Origin: Trichosphaerium sp. ATCC 40318
Taxonomy: Eukaryota > Protista > Tubulinea
Length of the DNA stretch: 64,000 bases
Reading direction: 5' to 3'
Assembly: GCA_038496445.1 (NCBI GenBank)
Contig: JALMLS010000590.1
Coordinates: forward strand, 1 to 64,000
The notes below the pieces were generated by a model that was not told the origin of the DNA, did not search any database, and saw nothing but the letters and a program-made list of their open reading frames with translations. Position numbers and translations under genes: made by a program. This document shows positions 25,427 to 38,736 of this stretch, piece after piece (the stretch's first letter is position 1; each line of letters begins with the position of its first letter).

Positions 25427-25821
25427 TGCGTGCTCAAAACGTGCCATTTGCGTGAAAAATACGCGTGCCCAAAACGTGCCATTTGCGTGGAAAATATGCG
25501 TGCTCAAAACGTGCTTAAAACGTGTGAAATATGCGTGCCCAAAACGTGTTCAAAACGTGTGAAATAAACGTGTCCAAAGCGTGCCCAAAACGTGGAAAAT
25601 ATGCGTGCCCAAAACGTGTCCAAAACGTGGAAAATCCGCGTGCCCAAAACGTGCCCAAAACGTGCCATTTGCGTGGCCAGCATGTGGAAGAGAAACGTGC
25701 CTTTTGCGTGGAAAAAAAACGTGCCCAAAACGTGCCCAAAACGTGCAATTTGCGTGGAAAAAAAACGTGCCCAAAACGTGCCCAAAACGTGCCATTCGCG
25801 TACTGTCCGATTCCACCACTG
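25427..25821 (-). repeat. Right subterminal repeat array and terminus
   Basis: Mirror of 9959-10342 with one extra 11-bp unit. Confidence 0.92.
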
Positions 25822-26290
25822 TCAGTACTGAATAGGGTAGGAGAGAGTGGGTTACCTTGTCTTGTATGTATCATGTTCAACTTTGAATGTTCTGTTGGAG
25901 ACAACCCCATTAATTCTAACAGCAACTTGGATTTGGAGCTGCCCAACAATGGCCTTAGCCATGACAGGAGAGAGACCAATGTGGATGAGAATTAGTATGA
26001 GTACATTGTGTGCACAGCTATCAAACGCCTTTTTGTTGTCCAATGGGCAAAGAGAGAGTGGAGTACCTTTATTATGATGAGCTTCAACTTTTTCCAATGT
26101 GGCAATTTGGTTATCAACTATATCACAACCTGGAATAAAACTGTTTTGGTTAGGACTTATCATGCTAGGTAAAAATTTGAGTAGCCTTTTATTGATGACC
26201 TTCATGATAGTTTGATAGTTAAAAGGTACCTGGACTACAGAAATGCCTTGAAATTGTCAGCAATGGAACATATGTCTGGAATAAAAAGAC
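25822..26290 (-). pseudogene. L1/Tx1-type non-LTR reverse transcriptase fragment, truncated by the palindrome end
   Basis: YQTIMKVINKRLLKFLPSMISPNQNSFIPG...LDNKKAFDS..., then a frameshift, then RQGNPLSPTLF abutting the terminus at 25821. Confidence 0.88.
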
Positions 26291-26603
26291 CACCTAAGTG
26301 AAATGGTAGCAAAGTTTTATTTGAATAAAGCACTGGAATAGTGTAAAGTTAACATGAGAGTTGAGTGAAGTAGAAGAAGCATGGTGAGAAAATATAAAAA
26401 AAAAATCATCCACTGACATCCAAACACTGGCTAATTGCCATGGTAGTAAGTGAAGACAGCTAGAAGTAAAATCCTTTAGGAGATGTTGCATGCTTTGCTT
26501 AATTCTGGAAGCCTCCTTAAGACTGGACACTGGTTGAGTGAAAATGATTACATTAGTGAGAATCAACAGGATATTGAAAAGCTGCAAGATTTATTATTTT
26601 ACA

Positions 26604-29600
26604 TTAAGCCAAATAAGATGCAGAGTTGGATTGTTTAATAGCCTGTACTTGTTCATAGGAGAATAACTAAACAACAATCAACAGAAAAATAAAGCAACAA
26701 AAACCAACCTGTTCTACTTCAACCCATTGATCTTGGTGAGTTCTGTTAAAGCTTCTTAATGCTTCAGCAACAGCTTCATTTATTGGATTTGGAGCATTGC
26801 GGTGACTGGCTATTTCCTCCCTATTGAGTAGTTAGTTTAATAGCACAACCACTTGGGACTTGCATTATACTTGGTAACCACTTTGGCAAGCTGTATGGAC
26901 AACTCTCTGCAATGGCAATCAAACCCAACACAGCCCCATGACGTTTAGCAATTGCCAGTTTTGCATCTGTTATGTTGTTTAGTGGCAATAACCTGCACCA
27001 CATGTGTACCTTTGGCGTTTAACAGTTTTATTTGCTTTTTAGACAAAGGCAATGCTTGTAACTTGAACCCATCAACCAATTTATCAACAGTCCATGCTGT
27101 TGACTTAATGATTGATGACAGACAAGTTTTGGCAACATTTCTGACTTCAACCTGGACATCCACCAAGCTTTGAGATACAAACACTAAAATGTGTTCAACA
27201 TCTTGTTTAGACATAACACATGCGTGATTGAATGTCAATATCCTAAACAACAGCTCAATTGGTGGGCAGGAAATACAGAAACATGCACATACTGAAGGAA
27301 TGGAAGCAATGCAACGCGCACTCTCCACGCAGGATGGTCAGCTACCACCTGGATTTGTGAATAGATTATATCATGAATATCTTTCTTGCTGTATAATATT
27401 TGTGAAGCAAGGGCCAATACAGCTCGTGCCAAATTCCTGGTTGGGTGAGTTAAACACATTGTAATAAATGGGAGACTATTGTACCTAACGTCTTCATGTA
27501 ATGCCACATGAAGTTTTAGAATAATTGGTAAAAGCTGTGGCAAGTAGTGAACCATAGGTGATGAAATAGAAATACTGAGAACCATCTATTATTATTGGGA
27601 AAAGTTAAAAATCAAATGAACGCTAACAACGCTTATCATACCCATTCAAGTATTGTTTCACATGCATGTGCTATCGTGTCATTATCGGCAACTTTAAGCG
27701 CAATGTAATTTTGGAGTATTTGTTTGAACTGCTGGACGTAAGATTGCAACGTTGAATCAATTGTCAGCTTCCATTTTCCCTGTTGTTGATAGGACCTGCC
27801 TAACTCGAATACCTACAACCCCTAAGCATTGTGTATGCTATGTGTATACACTGTACCTTGCTTATGATGCTTGCTATTTGCTGGCGCACACGCTTGTAGT
27901 CATGGCCGAGTATATTCGCATCAGATACTGATTTTAGTAATGCCACTAGCCCACACTCAATTCAAATATGCACAAGTAAAACGTACAGGCTTTTGGGTAC
28001 GACCGCCAAGAAGTTCCAATGAGATATGCTTCTATAAAGGACAGCTTCTTTATCAGAGATGTGGATGACTGGTTAGGATCAAACTCAATTGAGTCTAGCT
28101 CTTGTGGTATAAAACTGCAGCGTCTAGGATCCCTACTAGATTTTAGCAAATCGAAATAACCACGCAGTTGTGTGTGGTAACTGGTGTACCTGTCTTGTGC
28201 CGCATAACGCAATGCGAACTGCCAATCGTTGAGAGATTGTGGGGATTCGAATTTAGCGTGTAATGCACGTGTGATGACGTCTTGAGCGAGTTTGCACTAT
28301 TCAAATATGTTAGCCGCACTGTTGTTAACAATAACTAAAACAAAAGCATCACGCACCATGACAATACTACGAGCGTAGTCCGTCTTATTTGAGGCGAGGA
28401 CTAGTCCAATGAAGATCTCAATAACTACACATTGTCTAGGTAGAACCACAATATTAGCTGTGGCCACATGGATGAAACACAAACGCACGAAGCACGTGAA
28501 GTGGACGTCGCCTTCTCTAGGAGTAATTCTCTACAGGCTTCACAAGCACCATCAACCATGTCAAAGATGGCCATCCAAAAGTATGTTAGTTCTACGCCAC
28601 CACGTGAACTATTAGACGCAAAGCTCACAGACCTGCCATATTTGTGAGCGTGGATAGTGGCGTAAAGTTGTAGGGTAGGAAACGTACTCAAAGGAAGCGG
28701 TCATGTGGAAAAGGTTGCTCATCGATGATTTTAGCAGGTTAACTCCAGACAAGCCACGACCATTGTCTCCTGACTTGGTAAAAACGTATTGCTCTTCCAA
28801 TCGTGTCAGGAACTGCTCTAGTTGAGGTCGTTCAACCAACCACGTCAAGCTGCGTAGCAATATAGGGGAAGGTGTCAGCGGTTTGTTTGCTGAACTCGTT
28901 TCAGGTCGTAGAGGATAATTGGTTGATGTAACAGCGCCATTCCACCCGACCCAACCATTGTCAATAAATCCAAAGCCATCGTATTCATTTCCCGTAGGTG
29001 TGGTTAATGAAGTAAGCGATGCAGGCGTTATATCCGCATTGGTATTTTGTGTTTGCGATGGAGAAATTTGAGCGTGTGCTGTGACATAACCAATTGCCAC
29101 GTTCCTCACCCAAGCCAAGGACTCCATAAGTGTCGTTTGCTTAACAGGTACAGGTTAACAAACAATGTGCGAAAAGTAACGAGCCAAGAGAGAGGAGGCC
29201 GTACAAGCGTGTCTTGATCAAGTGAAGTTAATTCGCAAGGCATGTTGGACTGGGATAACATCACCAATGACATGATGCCCATCGCCTTGTATCGCCAATG
29301 ACCATCTGCTTTGCCTACAAATGATGATAGCATCTTCATGACATTTTCTTTACTCTCATCAATGGTCTTTGACCTAGTCGCCATCGTAAAGTTAGCGGTA
29401 CACAAAACAGAAAAAAAGAGTTTGTACAATTCTTTATAATCTTGTTCGGCAGCCGATGCTTCGCTTGTGGACAATTGTAAATTACCTGTTGCAATGATTA
29501 CCACCAAAAACTGAGCAAGAAGCGTGTAAGAACGTACCTGTAGGCAATCCAAATCTTGGGTCATCCAGCCGCTTGTACGCTTTGACGCAACTACAATATA

Positions 29601-32600
29601 GGAGCGTTACGCCAGCTTGAATGTCAGCGCTGTCGTGGCTGTGCATTGACAACAAAATACTAAGAAGCTCTTCCGTTTTCTTCCAAGTTTTAACGCACTG
29701 CAAGAAGGGACAAGTTAAGAGAAGGGTAGATGTCAAAACAACTGGTAGCGCACCTCGAATGAAAAGAATGCATTGGTGAAAGCAAGTGTGGCTTTTAAGA
29801 TATCTTGGGCGTCTATTGTTGTTTTGTCACGTGACAATTCTACAGGGAGTAAGTAAGCGTGGTACCTATGCTTACGCACGCTTGGCGTGTTGTTCTGGCT
29901 CCCTCAAGACACTCAGCATTTTTGGTAGGAAGTATGAACGCGACCCACGCAGATACTTGAAAGTATTGAACACCGTTGGCCTACAACTCGTCAGTTACAT
30001 ATGTACGTTTTAAAAGTTAAAACAAATAAGTTATAGCTGGAACAGTACATGGCAACGGCATTGTAGTTCAAAATAGCGGCATCAATGAGCGCTGTTATTG
30101 CTGACTTGAAAGGGTCTAATGGTAATCCATCTAAACGCAGGCGGTTATTTGGAGAATAAGTTCGTGGCGGGGCGTACAGAAAGCATTCACGTGCAATCGA
30201 TTCAAATGGAGAAGATATGCCTTTTCTATCCTTAAGCCACGCACAGGCAGCTTTTCATAGTCGGATGCACCCATCACATCTTTCAATGATGCTGCAAGGA
30301 ATGAGTGTCTTGCCCTCTCTTTATCGAAACGTTTGTTTGAAATCCCACGACAGACGATCACACTGCCGAACACCTATCCACAAAAATCAGTAAACGAAGC
30401 CAGCTGTATGTAACCAAGAACTAGGATCGTACCTTATCTACCTTCTTAATCAACCGCGTGTTGGATCGGAGGTGCTCCAGAAGGTTGGGCAGCAACTTGA
30501 CATACGCCATGCGCACATCCAATACGCCTGATGGCACTTCAAGGCCTATGTATAACGGTGAAGGCACAGGGAAAATGTCGCTGGTAGTTGTTGTGCGGCT
30601 GTCCGGTAGGATTGGTGAAGCATTGCGAACAATTGCCTCTAATACCTTCAACTGCCTCCACACTGCGACTCGTTCTTTTTCTTTGGTTATTGCAGTGTCA
30701 ATGGAACGTAAGATATTGGTTGATTGAGCGCCATAATCGTTGACTAGCGATGTTGCAAACTGGATGGTATCCTTTGTCTACGCCGCCACACACAATCAAT
30801 TAATTTTTATGCACGTGAAATGACCTATTTTTACAAACGTACCGGCATGACCCAATTGTCTTTCATCTCGAGATGTTCAGGGACTGTTGTTCCCCAGTAC
30901 TTGACGTGCGTGTCGGCGAATTCGGAATCATCCCATATTTTATTGGTGACACTTCTCAACGTGCGAGGATAGACTTGCGTCAATGTGAACAACAGGTTCC
31001 GCAATAATTTACAGCCAGCTTTAACCACTTCCTTACGCGAATCGCCAATAGAAGCCGCGAGTAACTTGGCCAACATGCTCCTGTTTTTGAAGATGAGTCT
31101 CAGCATATTATCCATCGCTTTATATGACGTGACGTACTTGTACTCAAGAGCATGTATGCCGGCATGCTTGAATGCCTTAGCCACCAAATTTAGGCGCCAG
31201 GCGATGGTGGATTTACCGCCTGATAATTCTAAAGACTTCAAGTTAAACAAAAATTGAACAAGTAATACAACGAAGCCGCACCCTCCTTATTGTCGTCTCC
31301 TTGCTTGTATTCGAAATCACACAATATATCAACTACATGTTTTAACCCTACAAACGCCATCCGTTAGCTATTGCACAAAAACGGAAGTGTCAAACGATAG
31401 ATACCTTCTTTGGGGTTGGCCCACACAGCGTAGTCCAAAATGCGGCAGTACTTGAGAAGCAGTTAGCATATATGTCGCATAATGCACTTAATTATAAAGG
31501 CGTACACTGACAAGCGCGTTGTTGTGCGTGCTGTTTTTGACAAAACTCAAGACCTTGATCAGCGCGCTCTTCCAAAAAGTGGCTGAAAAGATAGGCTGTC
31601 AGAAAAATTTTGTGAGAATAAACATGTAGTATACATACGGCTCATTTGCATCCAAAATGCTTGCATCGCCCTTGAGAATACAAACATGGCGTAGCTGCGC
31701 AACATGCCCATACCATGAGGTCTGCCCTTTTCCTCCACTTCCGAGTTGTTGAGCTATCGCCACGGGTAAGTAAATAACGAACATGTCATGGTCAGACCAC
31801 TTAAACGCACGAATGTGAAGCTGGTGTCTAGAAATTGTACTATCCAATCGCCGAAATATGATGTCGCTTCTCCTCTAGCCGCATAAAGCTCTGACTGTGC
31901 ATCCTCTCCAGAGAGATTTGCATCTTCGAACAGCGGCACGCGAGAAATAACTGAGTACAGGAATTTAAGAGCTTGAATTGACTTGCTAGAAACACACAAC
32001 CCATAATCAGTCATCAAATGTATACTTGGTCACAGAACACGCACGCATAGTCATTGACGTCAATGCCAAGAAGTGCCAGTTCAAGAAAGCCTTAAAACGT
32101 TTCGTTAGCACGTTCAACTGTGCGGGTTATGGCAGGGAGGAGGGATAACACAAATTAGATAGTGGGTAGATACCTGGTAACTGCCTACAGAATTGTGCCG
32201 TGTTGAATGCGTTTGGAACGAGCACGCCTCCTAGTAACTCAAAAGCTACGAGCGTTTGATGTGCCTAAACAAGTAAATAGTGTAAGGAGGAGGAGGGGGG
32301 AGAAAGAGGAAACAAATATAAGCTTTATCTAAACAAGTTTTACCTGTGTTATTGTTGTCATTGCATAATCCACACGACCCATCACAACTGACTCTATTTT
32401 GTGCGGTGTTATCGCTGCTAGATGACGCAAACACGCTATGCAAGAGGGTGTGTTTAGTAGTCAATGGAGAAGAGGCAATGTAGTACCAGTGCAATACATC
32501 TTCATTTGCCTGCTCCTAGCAAAGACACCAACCATTATCACCTAATTGCCGCTTTAAGCCGCTATAATACCACAGCCAACGTACGGGTGTTACAATGTCT

Positions 32601-34231
32601 GAAAGACGGTCTATACAAGCTTGTGATACCTTGTACCTGTCGTCCGTCTTGGACTTGAGGACGCGTTGTCGAAATGATGCAGTGAGGTGGCTAATGAACC
32701 CTTTGTTGCAACCGACGCATTAGCGAACACTGTTTACACACCCATATTAACTTATTACTTACTTGCTAGCTGTCCTGTCCATCTCCCTATAGGCACTTGA
32801 GTTAGACCAGGGAAAATATGTGAAGAGTTGCACCTTCATTGGATGGATGGTAGTAATCCTTAATGGCTGAAAACAGCCGCTCAATCTCATTCATGACACG
32901 ATCATCTTCCTTCATTATCATGTACGCCAGTAATCGCCCCATAGCCTGTAACGAACAGTGAACACTCACGAATAGTAAGGGACGAATGGACTAACACTTG
33001 ATAATCCGTATTTAGGTGCGATGACGGACATGTTGTGTTTCTTAACAGGCATCTGCTTCTTTGTAAGTTTCACTAATTTCGAAGATCCAACAGCCAAATC
33101 TAATACACGTTTGTTACACATACCAAAAACAACCCAGTGGGAAATATAAAAAGGCGTCGATACATACCTGTGTAGTAGGTGATACAGTGCAATATCTGAT
33201 CAACGTGGTCATCCCAGGTAACTCTGCCGCACTGATGTTTCGCCACACGTGCATAGTAGCCAAAGAACATGGACTGCCATTCCACACAACCTTCTAATGC
33301 AAAGTGTGAATTAAACAACACAAAGTATTGGTAGGGGCATGACATACGCGTCCACGTGTGCAATGCCACTATCTTCGGCAGTACGACGTCAATTGACGCT
33401 GCACAATCTTGACCTTTGGAAGGAAGAAGCAACAACATGTAGGCGGTATTCAGATAAAAGAGCTTGTGGTGAGGGCACAGTGATGGCCAAAAGAAGTCGA
33501 TAATTTCATTTGCAGCGCCATCAGCCCAGTGACTACACAGTATAAATTAAACGCCTTGCATGAATGCCAAACCGTACTGTCTGCAACGTTGAACTAATGC
33601 GGCAATGGAGCCTCGACTACATTAAGAGATAATGTTAGGATCACACAGAGCACACTACACCTGTATGCCAACTAATCACAACCGTTGTAACGTACGTTGA
33701 GGTGTCCTTGTTTGTGAAGTTAGGGACAGGACGAGAACTGGTGTCTGCTAACACTTTGTACAAGTCCTTCCAGTCTACTGCAAGTGTCAGTGAACTACTA
33801 CGCCTGCAATGTATTAGTATAGCACATACAAGCGTTATTTTAGGTTACCATAGTAATGCATGGCAAGCTTTCGCTATTTTGTTTTTTGAGCCAGCTGGGG
33901 ATCGTAAAAGCGCTTGTATGAGGTTTTTCACCAAGTCTTGACGCAGAGGCTATACTAATAAGCACAATACACGATAATGTTTTTCGCACAGCTTCTAAAT
34001 CAATTTTTAAGCGCTTTAGATCATGTAGAGCCGTCATGGTAGGGTGTAAGCCTGTTGTAATTAGCGAACACTACAATTTTGTACGCACTTACCCTTGGTG
34101 GTTGCTAGCGCGTATTTAACGCGTGAGATGATGTTTTGTACAACTTGATCGTTATTTTGATTAACGGCGTCAACATAGTGCGTAGGATACAGCACACTTA
34201 GTGGAAATTCGTCAGTGGCTTCGCTTTCCAT
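26604..34231 (-). CDS. PSME4: Proteasome activator PA200/Blm10
   Basis: Large multi-exon HEAT-like protein. C-terminal RHGAVLGLIAIAESCPYSLPKWLP...PNPINEAVAEALRSFNRTHQDQW...SYLA* matches the Blm10/PA200 C-terminal domain. Confidence 0.88.
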
Positions 34232-34433
34232 GCTGACAGTTGGTACGATGGATCAATTATGCCAAATGCGGGACAAATGGAGTATTGTTGACTCAACATT
34301 TGTCATTAATGCGCTTCCCATTTTTTTGGTAACCCAGCTGGCTTCACACCGCAGTAGTTTTCAATTTTTTTTGATGCACGTGTACAATACAAATGTTAAG
34401 TTACAGGTTTTATTTGGTGACCATTAAAGGTGG

Positions 34434-36148
34434 TCATCGTCTTGTTTTTCTGAGCCTTTTCTTAGCGCGATTAGACTTGAAGTTTAGATTTGTACTGCCT
34501 TCATGATCCTTTGAATCTTGTGAGCGCATACGCTTTCTGTGTGCAAGTTGATCGTAGCCGCCTGTTTCCTTCATTTCCTACAACCATCATTAGTATTTTT
34601 TTTGCATTTCTTTTTTTTTTTGTTTGATTTTACTATCACTATCACTATCACACAAATGACGTACGATTGCAGCTGACCTTTGCGCTTCTGTTACACGCTC
34701 AGTGAGAACAGTGACGAGATCCTCATCATGCTCGTATTCCTCCATCTTTTTGCCAATGTATTTCTCTATGCGTTGAAAGTACTCAACATTGTATTGTGTC
34801 ACCATTGTAATAGCCGACCCATGCTGGCCCGCACGTGCCGTACGTCCAACACGATGGATGTATGTCTTTGAGGAAAGCGGTATATCGTAATTTACAACAA
34901 GATCTACCTTTGGTAAATCGAGACCTCGGCTACCAACATCGGTGCAAACGAGGACATTTGTGTGTTTCTTCGAAAAGCTATCAAGGTTGGCAAGACGCGT
35001 GGCCTGTGTCAACTTGCTGTGTAAAGGTGTTGCATGAAAACCTAGATGCTTCAATACGAGAGCCATCTTTTGTACAAGCACACATCTATCCAGGAAGACG
35101 ATTATCTGCGATCCAGGATATTGTGTCACTATAAAAAAAGGCAAAGTGTCAGCGATAACATTTTTGTGGATTCTAGCACAACTACAAAGTAATAATCTAC
35201 TTGCAAAAAGCATTATTCAGTCACGCACATATATAGGCCAAGTAGGCATCCCTCCTATTAGCTGGGAAAAACAAGTAATACTGCTTCAGCGTATCAACAG
35301 TCTCATATTTTGTATTTACGCTGATCATCACAGGCTTCATGACGGCCACCTTTTTCAATTTTTCAACGCGATGTGTCATCGTCGCAGAGAAAAGCATCGT
35401 TTGCCTGTTTGCGCTTATCTTTTGTAGTATTCTCTTGAGCTCGTCTGCAAAGTCCATTGACAATAGTTTATCTGCCTCATCAAGTACCTACGACAATTGT
35501 AAGTGGTTGGCTTTACCCCCGCTGCAGTGTTGGGATTGCGCACCAAGTATTTTAGCGAGCGTTCCAAAGAGAACCCCTTTGTATTTTGTAGGTGATCTAA
35601 TACACGCCCAGGAGTTCCAACAATGATGTGTGGTTTTTTAGCGAGCTCTATAGCTTGTTTTACAACCGTTATTCCGCCTGTGATCGTTACTGTTTGAATA
35701 CCTGTATATTGGATAAGTGTCATGTCAATGTTGATGCCACGAACCAATACGGGCGCCCAATTGGAATACTTGTTTGTTAATTTGGTGAGCGAGTTCTCTA
35801 AAAGCCATAAGACAGCGTATATAGTCGTATAACGTACCTTGTAGGCGTGAGAATTAACGCAAAAAGCGGTGAGGGATTTTCCAGCAAAGATTGCAGAATA
35901 GGTAGTACAAACGCAGCTGTTTTACCAGAACTATTAAATAAACGTTAAAAGTGAAAGATTAAACGTTATTACCCTGTTTGTGCCAAACCTACAACGTCTT
36001 TACCTTCTAGCGCAGGTGGAATCGCTGCTGATTGGATTTTTGTTGGTATTTTCCACTCTAGCCCGGCGCAAGCGTCGCATAGGACATCACGTAGACCAAG
36101 AGCCTCGAAAGTCTTCCCAACATCAAAAGCGTCCTTAGAGAGATCCAT
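34434..36148 (-). CDS. DDX47: DEAD-box RNA helicase DDX47/RRP3
   Basis: Q motif [63 protein letters not shown] and [13 protein letters not shown]. Confidence 0.9.
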
Positions 36149-36297
36149 TCTGTAGGTTATTTATGTATTCTGAAAATGTGAGAAAAATGTAACAAAAAAT
36201 GCCGCAACCTATTTTTATTCTCAGTTTTTTCCCCTACTTATTTTGCTCGCAAAATGTCAACATTGTTCTACAAAACAGTAATTCTTGCTTGAACACA

Positions 36298-38614
36298 ATG
36301 GCATGCGCGACAGTAGATGATATAGAAGATATGGTGGGCATTGGCGCAAACCCAACGGAACGACCTCCTAAAATGCAGGTCCTTCCTAAAGTACACAAAA
36401 AACGCACCAACGCACCGGTAAGATACATTTACGTCATTTTTAATAGTTTTTTATTTATTAATTTTGTGTGGCAAACCTTTTGCGTTCAACGCATCTAACG
36501 GATTCTTCTCTACGCCGAAATAAGTCACAGAGCAACCTAACCGTTTTTTTAAATCACAGGCGCCTCAAGGCAGCGTAGAACTACTAGGCGAGAACAAGGC
36601 CTTGATTCCTGGCACAGAAACCGTTTTTATAAAAACGTGGGGATGCAGTCACAACAACTCTGGTAACTAAGACACATTGGTCTTGCCTCACACGCTATCT
36701 AGACTCAGAATACATGGCTGGGCTATTGCAGGAGTATGGTTATAATATCTCTAATGCAAAGGACGCGGCAGCGCTTTGGGTTCTAAACAGTTGTACTGTC
36801 AAGGGTCCCTCTGAAGTGCGTAATCCTATTAAACCGGTTCTGTTGGCTAATGTGGCGGTTAAAAAGGCACATTTGGTAACGTGGATAAAGGAAGCGTCAC
36901 AAAAGAAAAAGAAGGTCGTAGTGTGCGGTTGTGTGCCTCAAGCGCAGCCAAATCACGTCGAGTATGATGGATTGTCTCTAGTGGGCGTCACACAAATTGA
37001 TCGAATCACAGAGGTCGTTGAAGAGACATTGAAAGGACACAATGTGCGCCCTATTGCGCCACAGACTATTGTCTTATGGTTACTCAATAGGTGCAATTGC
37101 TTGGTGTTAAACGTGTTGATCGGAGGAAGGCTCCAGGTGCAGCACTGAACTTGCCTAAGATTCGCAAAAACCCATTGATTGAGATCGTACCCATCTCAAC
37201 AGGATGTCTCAACTACTGTACCTACTGTAAAACAAAGCAAGCCAGAGGCGATCTCGTATCATACGTATGTGGTGTAAAGCGGTTGCTCCCACTTTGCTGT
37301 GGTAGTATTATTGTGGCTCTTATTTTAACTTGGTATTCACACTAGCCACCAGATGAGATTGTACGACGCATACAAACAGTGGTTGGTGAGGGCATCAAAG
37401 AGATTTGGCTTTCTTCAGAAGATACAGGGGCGTACGGTATTGACATCAAAACAAACATCGCAGAGCTGCTACAAAAGATTGTTAAAGTACTTCCCAAAGG
37501 TAACCACGCTGATTTACATTCAAACCCCTCTTTTGAAATGTTGGCTTCAACGGGAATCCAAATAACATTCTAACATGTTGTTGTGTTAGATGTCATGATG
37601 CGCGTCGGTATGACAAATCCACCTTACATACTAGATCACATTGAAGCCGTGGCTGAAATACTAAAGCACCCAAATGTGTATTCCTTTTTGCACATCCCAG
37701 TACGTCTGACTTATTACATTTGCGATTAGCGCTTATAAAATAGAGTCATACAATTCGACATGTCATTAACTCTTTTTTTTTTTTTCAAGGTCCAAGCAGC
37801 GTCAGACAGAGTACTACACGTCATGAGACGAAAATATAACTGCAACGATTTCAAGTACGGGCATAGTTGAAGACATGTAGCGATAATGTTTAATGCGCAA
37901 TGTCCAACAGTAGTGATATTGAAATGTTTTGTTAACTCTCAAATTTAGAAAGGTAGTCGACTACTTGCGCACTAACGTACCTGGAGTCACCATAGCCACG
38001 GATATTAGTGCGTACCACATATGTATTTCCTTTAAACTTATGTGCGGTCTCTATTAGTTTGTGGATTTCCAACGGAGACAGATGAGGAGTTTGAGGAGAC
38101 AATGGCACTTTGCAAGAAATACAAATTCGCAGTATTGCACATTTCCCAGTTTTATCCTCGACCAGGAACACCAGCCGCCAAAATGAAGCGTGTCAACACG
38201 AAAGTGGTACGTGTTCGGATCTCTCTAGTACTTTGATGTTGACGTCAAGCCAAACAGGTCAAAGAGAGGAGCAGAGCGCTCACCAAGTTGTTTGAATCGT
38301 ATTTCCCACACGCTCAAAAGAGCAACAATATCTACAAAAACGTGCTTATAACTGAAATGGCGAGAGATGGCGTACACATGGTCGGTCACAACAAATTTTA
38401 TGAACAGATACTGTTACCTTGTGATAAATCTCTCTTTGGAAAGATGGTTACCGTGCAGGCCACAGAAACTGGACGACACTACATCAAGGGCAAAATAATA
38501 ACATCTACCACCACCAAATCATCCAACTTTCAGTTGTTACTTTTATACATTGTGCTGACGATTGGCCTGGGCGTGCTCAGCGTTTACATTGCTTCCGCAA
38601 ACTACCAAGTGTAA
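36298..38614 (+). CDS. CDKAL1: tRNA t6A37 methylthiotransferase (radical SAM)
   Basis: [56 protein letters not shown], a TRAM-like end and a C-terminal TM helix. Confidence 0.94.
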
Positions 38615-38736
38615 AATCAATAAAAAAAATCCTTCTTCCATTTGAAGTGTGCTTAGGGTGTTGCTTGGCAGCTTTGTTAGCGAGCATAGTTGCACGTGCA
38701 ACGAATTGTTAAAAAGTCAGTCTCTTTTCAACCGAC

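Larger units (their letters stand above)
9959..25821. mobile_element. 15.9-kb palindromic (fold-back) DNA element, apparently non-autonomous
   Basis: 9959-17804 is the reverse complement of 17981-25821, and the ORF track is mirrored. Identity stops exactly at CAGTGGTGGAATC...GATTCCACCACTG. Spacer is 176 bp. No TSD or transposase seen. Confidence 0.88.

Noticed and set aside
9951-25829. Target-site duplication / superfamily assignment (hAT, Tc1, CACTA)
   Set aside because: The flanks ATTTTTTG and TCAGTACT do not match and no transposase motif was found, so no superfamily is assigned.
25822-25831. 10-bp palindrome TCAGTACTGA abutting the right terminus (possible hairpin-opening footprint)
   Set aside because: It can be read as residual RT coding sequence after LSPTLF, and it is too short to distinguish from chance.
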